This document shows, in pieces, positions 1-7,824 of a stretch of DNA of 30,643 bases (position 1 is its first letter; each line of letters starts with the position of its first letter). The DNA is from Polyangiaceae bacterium (lineage in GTDB: Bacteria; Myxococcota_A; Polyangia; Polyangiales; Polyangiaceae): positions 1-30,643 of the forward strand of contig JBGANF010000099.1 in the NCBI GenBank assembly GCA_044222475.1. Direction: 5' to 3'. A program made the translations under genes and the position numbers. The notes under the pieces are model-generated. The model had not been told where the DNA came from and did no database searches. It saw only the letters and a list, made by a program, of their open reading frames with translations.

Positions 1-72
1 GTTCGGGGGCGGGTTGCCGTTCGGGGGCGGGTTGCCGTTCGGGGGCGGGTTGCCGTTCGGCGGCGGCGTGCC
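1..72. repeat. 18-bp tandem repeat GTTCGGGGGCGGGTTGCC (3 perfect copies plus 1 degenerate), encoding PPPNGN on the minus strand
   Basis: Units at 1-18, 19-36 and 37-54; degenerate unit at 55-72. Confidence 0.9.
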
Positions 73-684
73 GGCTTCTTTCGTGAGCGCGACCGACGCC
101 TCGGTCTCCTTGCCTTCGCCGACGGTGAACGACGCCTCACCGGGCTTGCAGCCCTCCGCGGTCGCTTTCACGATGTGCGTCCCCGGGTCGACCGGTCGCG
201 AGATGCCGAGCGCCGCGCTCGACATGGGCGCGTCGTCGAGAGTGACCTTCGGGTTGTCGCAGCCGCTCACCGAGATGCGGACCTTGCCGACGCGGGCCGA
301 CACCGCGTCGATCTCCTTCTTCGCGTCGTCGACCGCGGTGACGAACACCTGCGGCGCGCCGGGCGGAGTCCCCGTGCGGATGAGCCGGTTGTACGCCTCT
401 TGGGCGGCGATGATGTGGCCGTTGCCGGCCGCGCCGCGGGCGTACCCGAGGAGGAGGGTGGGGGGGACGGGCGCCTTGGCGTCGTCGAAGATGCGGACCG
501 CGCGGTGAAAGCGGTCTTCGGCGGTCTTGTAGTCCTTCTTGTCGAGCGCGGCCTGGCCTTCCTGGCCCATCGCGCGGGCGATGTTCTTGTCGTCGTCCGA
601 CTGGGCGTGCGCGATCGTCGGTAGGGTGACGACGGCGACGAGACCGACTGAGAAGGCGAGGGCAAGGGAGCGAACCGTGCGCAT
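1..684 (-). CDS. Secreted TPR-like/PEGA-like protein with Pro-rich linker (3' end runs off the window)
   Basis: Not in the ORF track because it has no stop in the window. ATG at 684 reads MRTVRSLALALAFSVGLVAVVTLPTIAHAQ (signal peptide), then helical ARAMGQEGQAALDKKDYKTAEDRF, then PEGA-like RPVDPGTHIVKATAEG, then PPPNGN repeats; frame open to base 1. Confidence 0.8.
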   Translation of the reverse strand, partial: MRTVRSLALAFSVGLVAVVTLPTIAHAQSDDDKNIARAMGQEGQAALDKKDYKTAEDRFHRAVRIFDDAKAPVPPTLLLGYARGAAGNGHIIAAQEAYNRLIRTGTPPGAPQVFVTAVDDAKKEIDAVSARVGKVRISVSGCDNPKVTLDDAPMSSAALGISRPVDPGTHIVKATAEGCKPGEASFTVGEGKETEASVALTKEAGTPPPNGNPPPNGNPPPNGNPPPN

Positions 685-730
685 GACACGACGATAGCGG
701 ATCTCGGGCGCCCCGAGGAACCTGTTTCCC

Positions 731-759
731 TTGACGATTCCCGCGAGAGCGGGCAGGTT
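731..759 (+). promoter_or_regulatory. Putative sigma70-type promoter for tRNA-Leu
   Basis: TTGACG at 731-736, 17-bp spacer, CAGGTT at 754-759, then a GC-rich stretch. The same CCCTTGACG context occurs at the rpsB promoter. Confidence 0.5.
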
Positions 760-792
760 CCCGGCGCTGGCGCTGTGAGAGAGCATGCGCAC

Positions 793-876
793 GCGAAGGT
801 GGCGGAATTGGCAGACGCGCCAGATTCAGGTTCTGGTACCGTTATTGGTGTAGGGGTTCAAGTCCCCTCCTTCGCA
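793..876 (+). tRNA. tRNA-Leu (CAG)
   Basis: Acceptor stem GCGAAGG/CCTTCGC, D arm GCGGAATTGGCAGACGC, anticodon stem CCAGA/TCTGG with loop TTCAGGT (CAG at 827-829), long variable arm, T arm AGGGG-TTCAAGT-CCCCT, discriminator A876. CCA is not encoded. Confidence 0.97.
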
Positions 877-1568
877 CTGAGCACTGCGGCGACGACGAGC
901 GATGCATCGTCGATGCGGTCGCCCTGGAGGTCGGCGGCCTCCACGATCACGCGCCGGAGCTCGTCCACTCGGGCGCCCGCGAGCCGCGGACCGTGCTCGC
1001 CCACGAGCGCGCGGACCCGATGAAACGGGCCTTCCCCGATCGCGGCCGGGCCTAGGCCGTCGCTCGCGAGCAGGAAGGTCGTGCTCCCTTCGATGGGGAT
1101 CGTCGTGCTCCCCGCCTCGACGAGCGACGTCGTTCCTCGCGTGGCGACGACGATCGGCGGAAGACCCGCGTTCGCGCACTCGGCGACGGTACCATCTTGG
1201 GACATTCGAACGACTCCGATCGCGATCGACGTCACCACGTCGTTCGCGATCACGTACCCCGCGCGAGTCACCGCCTCGACGCACTCGGCGAGCGGCTGAC
1301 CATCGGCCAGGCGACTCCGGAGCTCCGCGCGGACCGTGCTCGCGACGAGGGCTGCCGCGGTCCCGCGTCCGCGGACGTTCACGAGGAGCGCCGACAGGGA
1401 TTGCCCTCCATCGTCGACGACGTCGAACACGTCACCGGAGTCCGTGGACGACAGCACCTCGCCCGTCACGACGAGCTTGCCGCGACGGAGAGGCACCGCC
1501 GGCAGCCGGGCGCGCTGGAGGCGTGCGGCACGCGCTCGGGCTTCGATCGTCGCCCCCTGAACACGCAT
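858..1568 (-). CDS. Stand-alone SpoIIE/RsbU-like PP2C-family phosphatase domain protein (degenerate)
   Basis: SGDVFDV, VNVRGRGTAAAL, NAGLPP, LLASDGL and DDASLV line up with RsbU-family GGDFYD, DVxGxG.AAL, NAGHPP, TDGL and DDxTL. Start taken at ATG 1568. Confidence 0.75.
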   Translation of the reverse strand: MRVQGATIEARARAARLQRARLPAVPLRRGKLVVTGEVLSSTDSGDVFDVVDDGGQSLSALLVNVRGRGTAAALVASTVRAELRSRLADGQPLAECVEAVTRAGYVIANDVVTSIAIGVVRMSQDGTVAECANAGLPPIVVATRGTTSLVEAGSTTIPIEGSTTFLLASDGLGPAAIGEGPFHRVRALVGEHGPRLAGARVDELRRVIVEAADLQGDRIDDASLVVAAVLSAKEGT

Positions 1569-1668
1569 GCACCGTAGGCAATGCAGCGCTCGTGCCAGCG
1601 AAATTGGGGAAAAGTGGCCGCTCCAAGGCCCGCGATGTCCCATCATGGGACGCCGATGTGTCAACTCG

Positions 1669-2523
1669 CTACACGCCGCCCTGCAACCGGCGCTCGATGG
1701 CGCTTGCCCGGACGCGACCTCGGATGCCGAAGCCGAGGAACAGGAGTGCGAGCACGCCGAGGACGAGCCCGATCACGGCAGCCTCGATGCCCGACTCGAC
1801 GTCGACGTCCGAGACGACGATCAGCAAGCCGATGACGGTGAACGCCGCCGCCGCCAACGAGACGAGCACGCCCAACACGATCTGGACCGTCGCGCGCCAA
1901 CGACGATCGGCCACGCTGTCCAAGTCCTCCGCCGGAGTCTGCATCCCGACCGAGCGAAGCCACGTGATCACGTTCATCGGGATCCCGATCGCCGAGACGA
2001 CGAACGAGATGACGCCCCACCAACCGAAGAGCAGCGTGATGCCGGTCATGCGGAAGAAGAACTTGTCGATGCAGAACTTGCAGAGGTATCCGCCCACGGT
2101 GCGAGGAAACCGCATCACGAGGACGCCGACGTTCTGAGAGAAGCTGACCGACTTCGTCGGCCCCGCGCGCCCGCACGCCTGGCAGATGCCGCCGGGCGTC
2201 GCCATGTGGACCTCCGGCAGCTGCGACACGCGAGCCTGACCGAGCCGCGAGGGCATCGTCCCCATGACACCTACCGGCGCATGCGGGAGCGAGTCGTGGG
2301 GAGACGGGGCCACCGGCGGCGCTTGCGACGGACGATACTCGCCGAGGTTCGACGGGAGCGTCGACCCGATCGACGGCTCGGCCCGGACGGCGAAGCCGCC
2401 GCCGGGCAGAGGGTCGGCGCGAAACGCGAGGCCGGCCGCGGCCGCCTGCTGGCGGTGGTGCTCGACCTGGCGGCGATCCAGCTCCGGATCCCCCGTTCGA
2501 ATGGTGAGCGCGAACCCCGACAT
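1669..2523 (-). CDS. Hypothetical membrane protein with a CxxC..CxxC putative Zn finger and several TM helices
   Basis: CQAC and CKFC motifs followed by hydrophobic segments (GITLLFGWWGVISFVVSAIGIP; IVLGVLVSLAAAAFTVIGLLIVV; AAVIGLVLGVLALLFLGFGI). Confidence 0.75.
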   Translation of the reverse strand: MSGFALTIRTGDPELDRRQVEHHRQQAAAAGLAFRADPLPGGGFAVRAEPSIGSTLPSNLGEYRPSQAPPVAPSPHDSLPHAPVGVMGTMPSRLGQARVSQLPEVHMATPGGICQACGRAGPTKSVSFSQNVGVLVMRFPRTVGGYLCKFCIDKFFFRMTGITLLFGWWGVISFVVSAIGIPMNVITWLRSVGMQTPAEDLDSVADRRWRATVQIVLGVLVSLAAAAFTVIGLLIVVSDVDVESGIEAAVIGLVLGVLALLFLGFGIRGRVRASAIERRLQGGV

Positions 2524-2576
2524 CGTGCGCGGCGGAGCATAGCGGAAATCCGCCGTCCGCGGCGCTTACGCCGGCG

Positions 2577-2852
2577 TCAGAGGTTCTCGACGCTCTTCAG
2601 CATCTCTTGGACGAACTGCGTGCGCGGGCGGAGGAGCATCACGCGCTTCGGGGACGGCGGCACGCGGATGACGAAGTCGTTCGGCCCGAGACCACCGGCC
2701 GCGAGCGGATCGTCCTTGAAGACCACGTTCTGCTCGCCGCCGGGCGTGCCGTTCTCGACGTACCCGGAGTCGTCGGCGAAGGCGAGGGTGGACGAGAGAA
2801 CGACGGTGACGGTGACGAGCGCAGCAGCGCTCGCGCGGACGAATCGGCGCAT
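2577..2852 (-). CDS. Small secreted protein, CglF/GltF-like (91 aa)
   Basis: GAGGAG RBS before ATG 2852; signal peptide ending AFA; C-terminus LLRPRTQFVQEMLKSVENL resembles, from memory, the myxobacterial CglF C-terminal motif. Confidence 0.65.
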   Translation of the reverse strand: MRRFVRASAAALVTVTVVLSSTLAFADDSGYVENGTPGGEQNVVFKDDPLAAGGLGPNDFVIRVPPSPKRVMLLRPRTQFVQEMLKSVENL

Positions 2853-2950
2853 GGAAAGACTCCTCTGGCGGCCGGCGACTCGAGGTCCATCCTCGGTCAC
2901 GCGACGGCGATTTCGCATGTTGAGACGGGCTTCTGGCCTCGTCCTTGGGT

Positions 2951-3715
2951 CTATTTCGAGTAGTGCGCGATGATCGCGATGAGGATGGAAAGGAGGAGCG
3001 TGATCGCGAACGCGGCCGCGCAACCGATCCCGGTCATGTTGAGGAGCGAGCTGCCGGACGTGGACGCGCTGCCGCTGACGGTGTCGGAGCGAAGCGCGCT
3101 CTCACCGTGCGCGAGCGACATCAGCGCGTTGTACGGGCGGTCGCCCCGCGTGCCGTCGATGCGAACGCCGAGCTGCACGCGTTTGCCGTCTCGTTGGACC
3201 CACGCGACCGCGCCGCAGCGGCGGCAACGCACGGAGGGATCGTCCGACGGGGTCGGGGCGCCGCAGTGGGCGCAACCGGCCGTGATGCCGGTCGAGTCGT
3301 CGACCCAGGCGAGCCGGTACTCGACCGCGAGCCCCGAGCCCTCGACCTTGCACCACGGCTCGATCCACTGATCGACGAGGACCGTCTCCGCCGGCCCGGT
3401 CACCGGGACCTTGCAGTGCGGGCAGGGCAGGGTGACCGGGATCTTCGACGACACGACCATCGGCATCGAGCAGTGGGTGCACGAACCGACGGCGACTCCG
3501 GGCGTGCCGGTCGCCATCGCGCGGCGCGCTGCCGAGAACCAGGCGAGCAAGCGCTGCGGCGAGTAGCTCGCGTCGAAGTCGACGAGCTGGCCATCGGCTG
3601 CGAACGAGAGCTGAGCTTGGCGTCCGCAGAACGTGCACGGCATCGGCACCGGCACGTGCGGCGGATCGGCGAGCGGCTCCGAGCAACTCTGGCAGCGCGC
3701 GCGAGAGAGAGCCAT
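2951..3715 (-). CDS. Multi-zinc-ribbon protein with C-terminal membrane anchor
   Basis: Six CxxC motifs (CQSC, CTFC, CTHC, CPHC, CAHC, CRRC) and C-terminal TM AAAFAITLLLSILIAIIA. Confidence 0.8.
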   Translation of the reverse strand: MALSRARCQSCSEPLADPPHVPVPMPCTFCGRQAQLSFAADGQLVDFDASYSPQRLLAWFSAARRAMATGTPGVAVGSCTHCSMPMVVSSKIPVTLPCPHCKVPVTGPAETVLVDQWIEPWCKVEGSGLAVEYRLAWVDDSTGITAGCAHCGAPTPSDDPSVRCRRCGAVAWVQRDGKRVQLGVRIDGTRGDRPYNALMSLAHGESALRSDTVSGSASTSGSSLLNMTGIGCAAAFAITLLLSILIAIIAHYSK

Positions 3716-3727
3716 CGACGAGCGAGC

Positions 3728-4504
3728 TTACTTCTTCGCGCTCGCCGACGCTGCGGGAACGACGGCCGCGCTCGCGCTCGTCGCAGGCTTCACGCTCGCG
3801 GCGGTGGCGGCGCTGCTGCTCGCGGCAGGCTTCGCGCTTCCGCTCGCGGCGGGCGCTGCGCTCGCCGACGTCGCCGGAGCGGCGCTCGACGCCGCGGGGG
3901 GCGGCGCTGCCGTCGCCAGCGGCTTTCCATCGACCTCTTCGACGTGGAACTCGGTGCGGCGGTTCTGCGCGCGGTTCGCGTCGCTGTCGTTCTTCACCTT
4001 CGCGCGGGTCTCGCCGAAGCCGACGGCGTGGAGTCGCGTCGCTGCGATGCCGTGGGCCATGAGCCACTTCGCGACCGCGTCGGCGCGCTGCTGCGAGAGC
4101 TTCATGTTGTCTTCGGGCTTGCCCACGTCGTCGGTGTGGCCCTCGATGCGGAGCTTCGTGACGGTCGTGTTCTGATCGAGGAAGTCCTTGAGCTGATTCA
4201 GGATGCTCCCGTTCGGCTCCTTCTTCTCGTTGAGATCGAACTTGCCGGTGTCGAACGCGAGCTCGCCCGGGATCGAGACCTTGTCGCCCTCGATCTTGAT
4301 CTTCCCGACCGCTTTCAGCTGCGGCATCGGCGCCGGGGTCGCGGCGGCCGTCGGTGTCGGATCCGGCGGCGGCGCAGGCGGCGGCGGAGCGGCGGAGGCT
4401 TCGGTCCTGGGCTCGTTCACCTTCACCTCGCACGCCGTGATGGCGGCGGGGACGACGGCAGCGAGGGTCAACAACGAGAGAGAAACGAGCGATTTCCGAA
4501 CCAT
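3728..4504 (-). CDS. OmpA-C-like peptidoglycan-binding lipoprotein
   Basis: GGAGGAG RBS; signal ending ITAC; IEGHTDDVG..LSQQRA..VGFGE..NRRTEF; Ala/Ser-rich tail. Confidence 0.92.
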   Translation of the reverse strand: MVRKSLVSLSLLTLAAVVPAAITACEVKVNEPRTEASAAPPPPAPPPDPTPTAAATPAPMPQLKAVGKIKIEGDKVSIPGELAFDTGKFDLNEKKEPNGSILNQLKDFLDQNTTVTKLRIEGHTDDVGKPEDNMKLSQQRADAVAKWLMAHGIAATRLHAVGFGETRAKVKNDSDANRAQNRRTEFHVEEVDGKPLATAAPPPAASSAAPATSASAAPAASGSAKPAASSSAATAASVKPATSASAAVVPAASASAKK

Positions 4505-4557
4505 GGGCTCCTCCGAGAGCGGCGCCGAATGGCGCGACCGCGGAAGGTTAGGGCAAT

Positions 4558-5118
4558 TCAGGGCGGCGCGGTGCGATTTCCAATCGGGGTGCCGGAGAGC
4601 TCCTCGACGTGAAGCTCGACGCGCCGGTTTCGCGCGCGCCCCTCGGCGGTGGAGTTCGTGTCGATCGGCCGCGTCTTGCCGTAGCCGACCGGGTGCAGGC
4701 GGCCCGCCGCCACGCCCCGATCGATGAGAACGCCGACGAGGAAGTCCGCGCGCGCTTGGCTCATGCGCATGTTGTAGGCGTCCGCGCCCGTCCCATCGCT
4801 GTGCACTTCGACGCGGAGCTTCGTGACCTCCGGCCGGCGGGTGAGGTAGTCGAAGATGGCGCCAACGATCTGCTCGTTCTCGGGGTCGCTCGTGAGCTCC
4901 CCCGAGTTCGTCACGAACGTCGGGCTCTTGCCGACGTCGACCCGATCGCCGGACACCCGGACCGTGAGGCCACCGCCCGACGGTGCGGTCGTGGACGAGG
5001 TCTCGATCGCGGGGGCGGAGAGCGCGCTCGGGCTGGCGGCCGGCGTGACGTCCGCCTCGCGGGGCGCGCAAGCCATGACGAGAGCCAAAGCGAAGGCGCC
5101 GACGGAGCGGGGGACCAC
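4558..5118 (-). CDS. Second OmpA-C-like lipoprotein
   Basis: C-terminal part of the long 4558..8001 frame. GTG start at 5118 (inferred), lipobox-like LVMAC, VEVHSDGTG..MSQARA..VGYGKTRP..NRRVEL. Confidence 0.85.
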   Translation of the reverse strand: MVPRSVGAFALALVMACAPREADVTPAASPSALSAPAIETSSTTAPSGGGLTVRVSGDRVDVGKSPTFVTNSGELTSDPENEQIVGAIFDYLTRRPEVTKLRVEVHSDGTGADAYNMRMSQARADFLVGVLIDRGVAAGRLHPVGYGKTRPIDTNSTAEGRARNRRVELHVEELSGTPIGNRTAPP

Positions 5119-5181
5119 GATGAGATTACTCGCGGAGTGGGCAAAAGCTTCCTCGTCGCGCCTCTGGTACACCTCCGTCGA

Positions 5182-7824
5182 ATGTCGCTCCGCGCCCGCG
5201 TCTCCGACCTTGCTACCGAGCTCGCTTCGCTCGTCGACGCGGGCGTGGACGGGTTGGAGCTCGGTCAGCGCCGGGCGGTGGCCATCGAGGCCATCGTCGT
5301 CGAGGTGTTCGCGCACGCGGCGGCGAAGCAGGAGCCTCCGCTCGCGGTGGCCGCCGTCGGGAGCTTCGGTCGGCGCGCGCTGGCGCTCCGCAGCGACGTC
5401 GATCTCCTGCTCTTCGTCCCGACCAAGAAGAAGAAGGAGAGCGCTGCGTTCGTCGACGAGCTCCTCTATCCGCTCTGGGACGCCAAGGTCCCGCTCTCGC
5501 ACCAGACGCTCGCGGAGGACGAAGCCATCGCCGAGGCCGAACGGGACCTCGCGACTGCGACGGCGCTCCTCGATGCGCGCGTCATCGCCGGCGATCCCAG
5601 CGCGCTGCAGCGAGTCCAGTCGCGGTTCCGCGAGCGGCTCGCCTCGGGTGGCGCGCGCGCGCTGCTCGATCGACTCGACGCCGACGTCCGCGAGCGCCAA
5701 GCTCGCTATGGCGAGTCGGTGCACCTCCTCGAGCCCGACGTGAAGAACAGCGATGGCGGGCTGCGCGACCTCGACGTCGCGCGTTGGGCCATGCGCGTCG
5801 CGACGGGTACCGTCGACGACGATCCCTCCGTCGCCGCTCGCGCCCGCGGTCTGGTGGACGAACGGGAGGTCGCGCTCGCCGCCGACGCCGAGCGGTTCCT
5901 CCATCGGGCGCGCAACCGCCTCCATGCTCTCGCCGGCCGGCGTTCGGATCGGCTGACCTTCGAGCTGCAGGAGAAGCTCGCGGTCGCGCTCGAGGCAGGG
6001 GAGCCGGGCGAGCCGATCGCCGCGCGGACCGAGCGCTTCATGCAGCGCTACTACTCGCACGCGCGCGCGATCGATCGACTCCGCGACCGTGTGTTCGCTC
6101 GTCTCCGTCCGGCGCCGGCGACTCGCCGTGCCGTCCGCGCCGCCGAAGGGGTCGAGCTCCGCGGCGACTACGTGCAGCACACGGTGCCCTGCGAAGGCGA
6201 TCCCGCGCTGCCGTTGCGCATCGTGCGCGCGGCGTTGACCCACGCCCGCCCGATCGCCGAGGCCACGCGCGACGCCATCACCCGCGCGGCGACGGAGGAG
6301 CGCTACGCGGCGGCGATGCGCGCGTCGACCGAGGCGCAGGACGCGTTCGTCGAGCTCGTGTGCAGCGCGGCCGAAGCACCGTTTCGAGGCGGGTCGATCG
6401 CCGCGGAGCTCGCCGATCTCGGGCTCCTCGTCGCGATGGTCCCCGAGTTTCTCCCGGTCGTCGCACGCGTCCACCACGACGTCTACCACGTGTACACCGT
6501 CGACGCGCACAGCGTGGCCGCGCTCGACAAGCTGCGGGCGATCGCGCGAGGTGACCTCGCGGACGCGTTCCCGCTCGCGAGTCGCCTCGGCGCGGAGATC
6601 GAGCGGCGCCGCCCGCTGTTCTTCGCGACGCTGCTCCACGACGTCGGCAAGGGCTACCCCGACGCCGACGGGTCCCGGAAGAACCACGCGCGCCGCGGGG
6701 CGGAGCTCTGCCGCGTCGTCCTCCCGCGGCTTCGCCTGAGCGCGACCGAGACCGACGACGCGGCGCGGCTGGTGGACGGCCACCTGTCGCTCTATCACGC
6801 GGCGACGCGACGCGACGTGGACGACGCCCACACCCTCGACGAGGTCGCGCGCGTCGTGCGGAACCGCGAGGGCCTCCGCGACCTGTACCTCTTGACCGTG
6901 GCCGACGTCTCCACCACGTCGCCCACGGCGCTCACGGCGTGGAAAGCGAAGATGCTCGACGAGCTGTACCTCCGGTGCGACGGCTTCCTGAGCGGTGCGC
7001 GCGGCGCGACGGCCGACGCGGCCCAGCGCGAGCGCGCGTTCGCCGCCACGCTCGGCGGCGGCGCGGGGGCGAGCCGCGAGGCGGTGCGTGCGTTCATCGA
7101 CGGCATGCCGCCGCGGTACCTTCTTGGTACCACGCCGGCGCGGCTTGCCCGTCACGTCGCGACGTGGGTCGCGCTCGGCGATCGCGCGACCTGGGTCGAC
7201 GTGACCGTAGGTCCTGGGACGGACGAGTCCAGCACCGAAGGAGACGTCGTGGAGCTCTGCGTCGTCGCGCAGGACCGACCCGGGCTCCTCGCTCGAATCG
7301 CCGCCGCGCTCACCGCGAGTGGCCTCGAGGTGCTCGGCGCCAACGTGTTCACCCGCACCGACGCCGGTGGCGGCGCGGTCGATCTGTTCCACGTGCGCGA
7401 CCCGCACGGTGGGGCCGACGCCGTGCGTGCGAAGCTGGAACCGCTGCGCGCGGACCTCGAAGCGCTCGCGCGAGGAGAGCTCGACGCCGACGCCCTCGTC
7501 CGGTCCCGCGGGCCGGTGAGCTCGCCGTGGGCCCGCGCCACCCCGGCCGTGCGGACCGAGGTCGCCTTCGATCAACGAGCGTCCGACGCGGACACGGTGG
7601 TCGAGGTCTTCGCCAAGGACCGCCCCGGCCTCCTGTTCCGGTTGGCGCGAACGCTCGAAGAGCTGGGACTTTCGATCGCGTTCTCGCGAATCAACACCGA
7701 GGGAACCAAGGTCAGCGACGTGTTCTACGTCCATGAAATGGATGGATCCAAGGTCGAAGGGAGGGAGCGTCTCGCCGAAGTTCGGGATAGGCTGCTCGCC
7801 GCCGTCCACGGAGAGGACCCATGA
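5182..7824 (+). CDS. glnD: [Protein-PII] uridylyltransferase / uridylyl-removing enzyme
   Basis: Nucleotidyltransferase motif GSFGR..SDVDLL, LEPDVKNSDGGLRD, YHVYTVDAH, HD motif LLHDVGKG, and two ACT domains (DRPGLL twice). Start at ATG 5182. Confidence 0.95.
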   Translation: MSLRARVSDLATELASLVDAGVDGLELGQRRAVAIEAIVVEVFAHAAAKQEPPLAVAAVGSFGRRALALRSDVDLLLFVPTKKKKESAAFVDELLYPLWDAKVPLSHQTLAEDEAIAEAERDLATATALLDARVIAGDPSALQRVQSRFRERLASGGARALLDRLDADVRERQARYGESVHLLEPDVKNSDGGLRDLDVARWAMRVATGTVDDDPSVAARARGLVDEREVALAADAERFLHRARNRLHALAGRRSDRLTFELQEKLAVALEAGEPGEPIAARTERFMQRYYSHARAIDRLRDRVFARLRPAPATRRAVRAAEGVELRGDYVQHTVPCEGDPALPLRIVRAALTHARPIAEATRDAITRAATEERYAAAMRASTEAQDAFVELVCSAAEAPFRGGSIAAELADLGLLVAMVPEFLPVVARVHHDVYHVYTVDAHSVAALDKLRAIARGDLADAFPLASRLGAEIERRRPLFFATLLHDVGKGYPDADGSRKNHARRGAELCRVVLPRLRLSATETDDAARLVDGHLSLYHAATRRDVDDAHTLDEVARVVRNREGLRDLYLLTVADVSTTSPTALTAWKAKMLDELYLRCDGFLSGARGATADAAQRERAFAATLGGGAGASREAVRAFIDGMPPRYLLGTTPARLARHVATWVALGDRATWVDVTVGPGTDESSTEGDVVELCVVAQDRPGLLARIAAALTASGLEVLGANVFTRTDAGGGAVDLFHVRDPHGGADAVRAKLEPLRADLEALARGELDADALVRSRGPVSSPWARATPAVRTEVAFDQRASDADTVVEVFAKDRPGLLFRLARTLEELGLSIAFSRINTEGTKVSDVFYVHEMDGSKVEGRERLAEVRDRLLAAVHGEDP

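Noticed and set aside
793..5118. Genomic island or prophage integrated at tRNA-Leu
   Set aside because: No integrase, no visible duplicate of the tRNA 3' end in the window, and the genes look native apart from the overlap noted.
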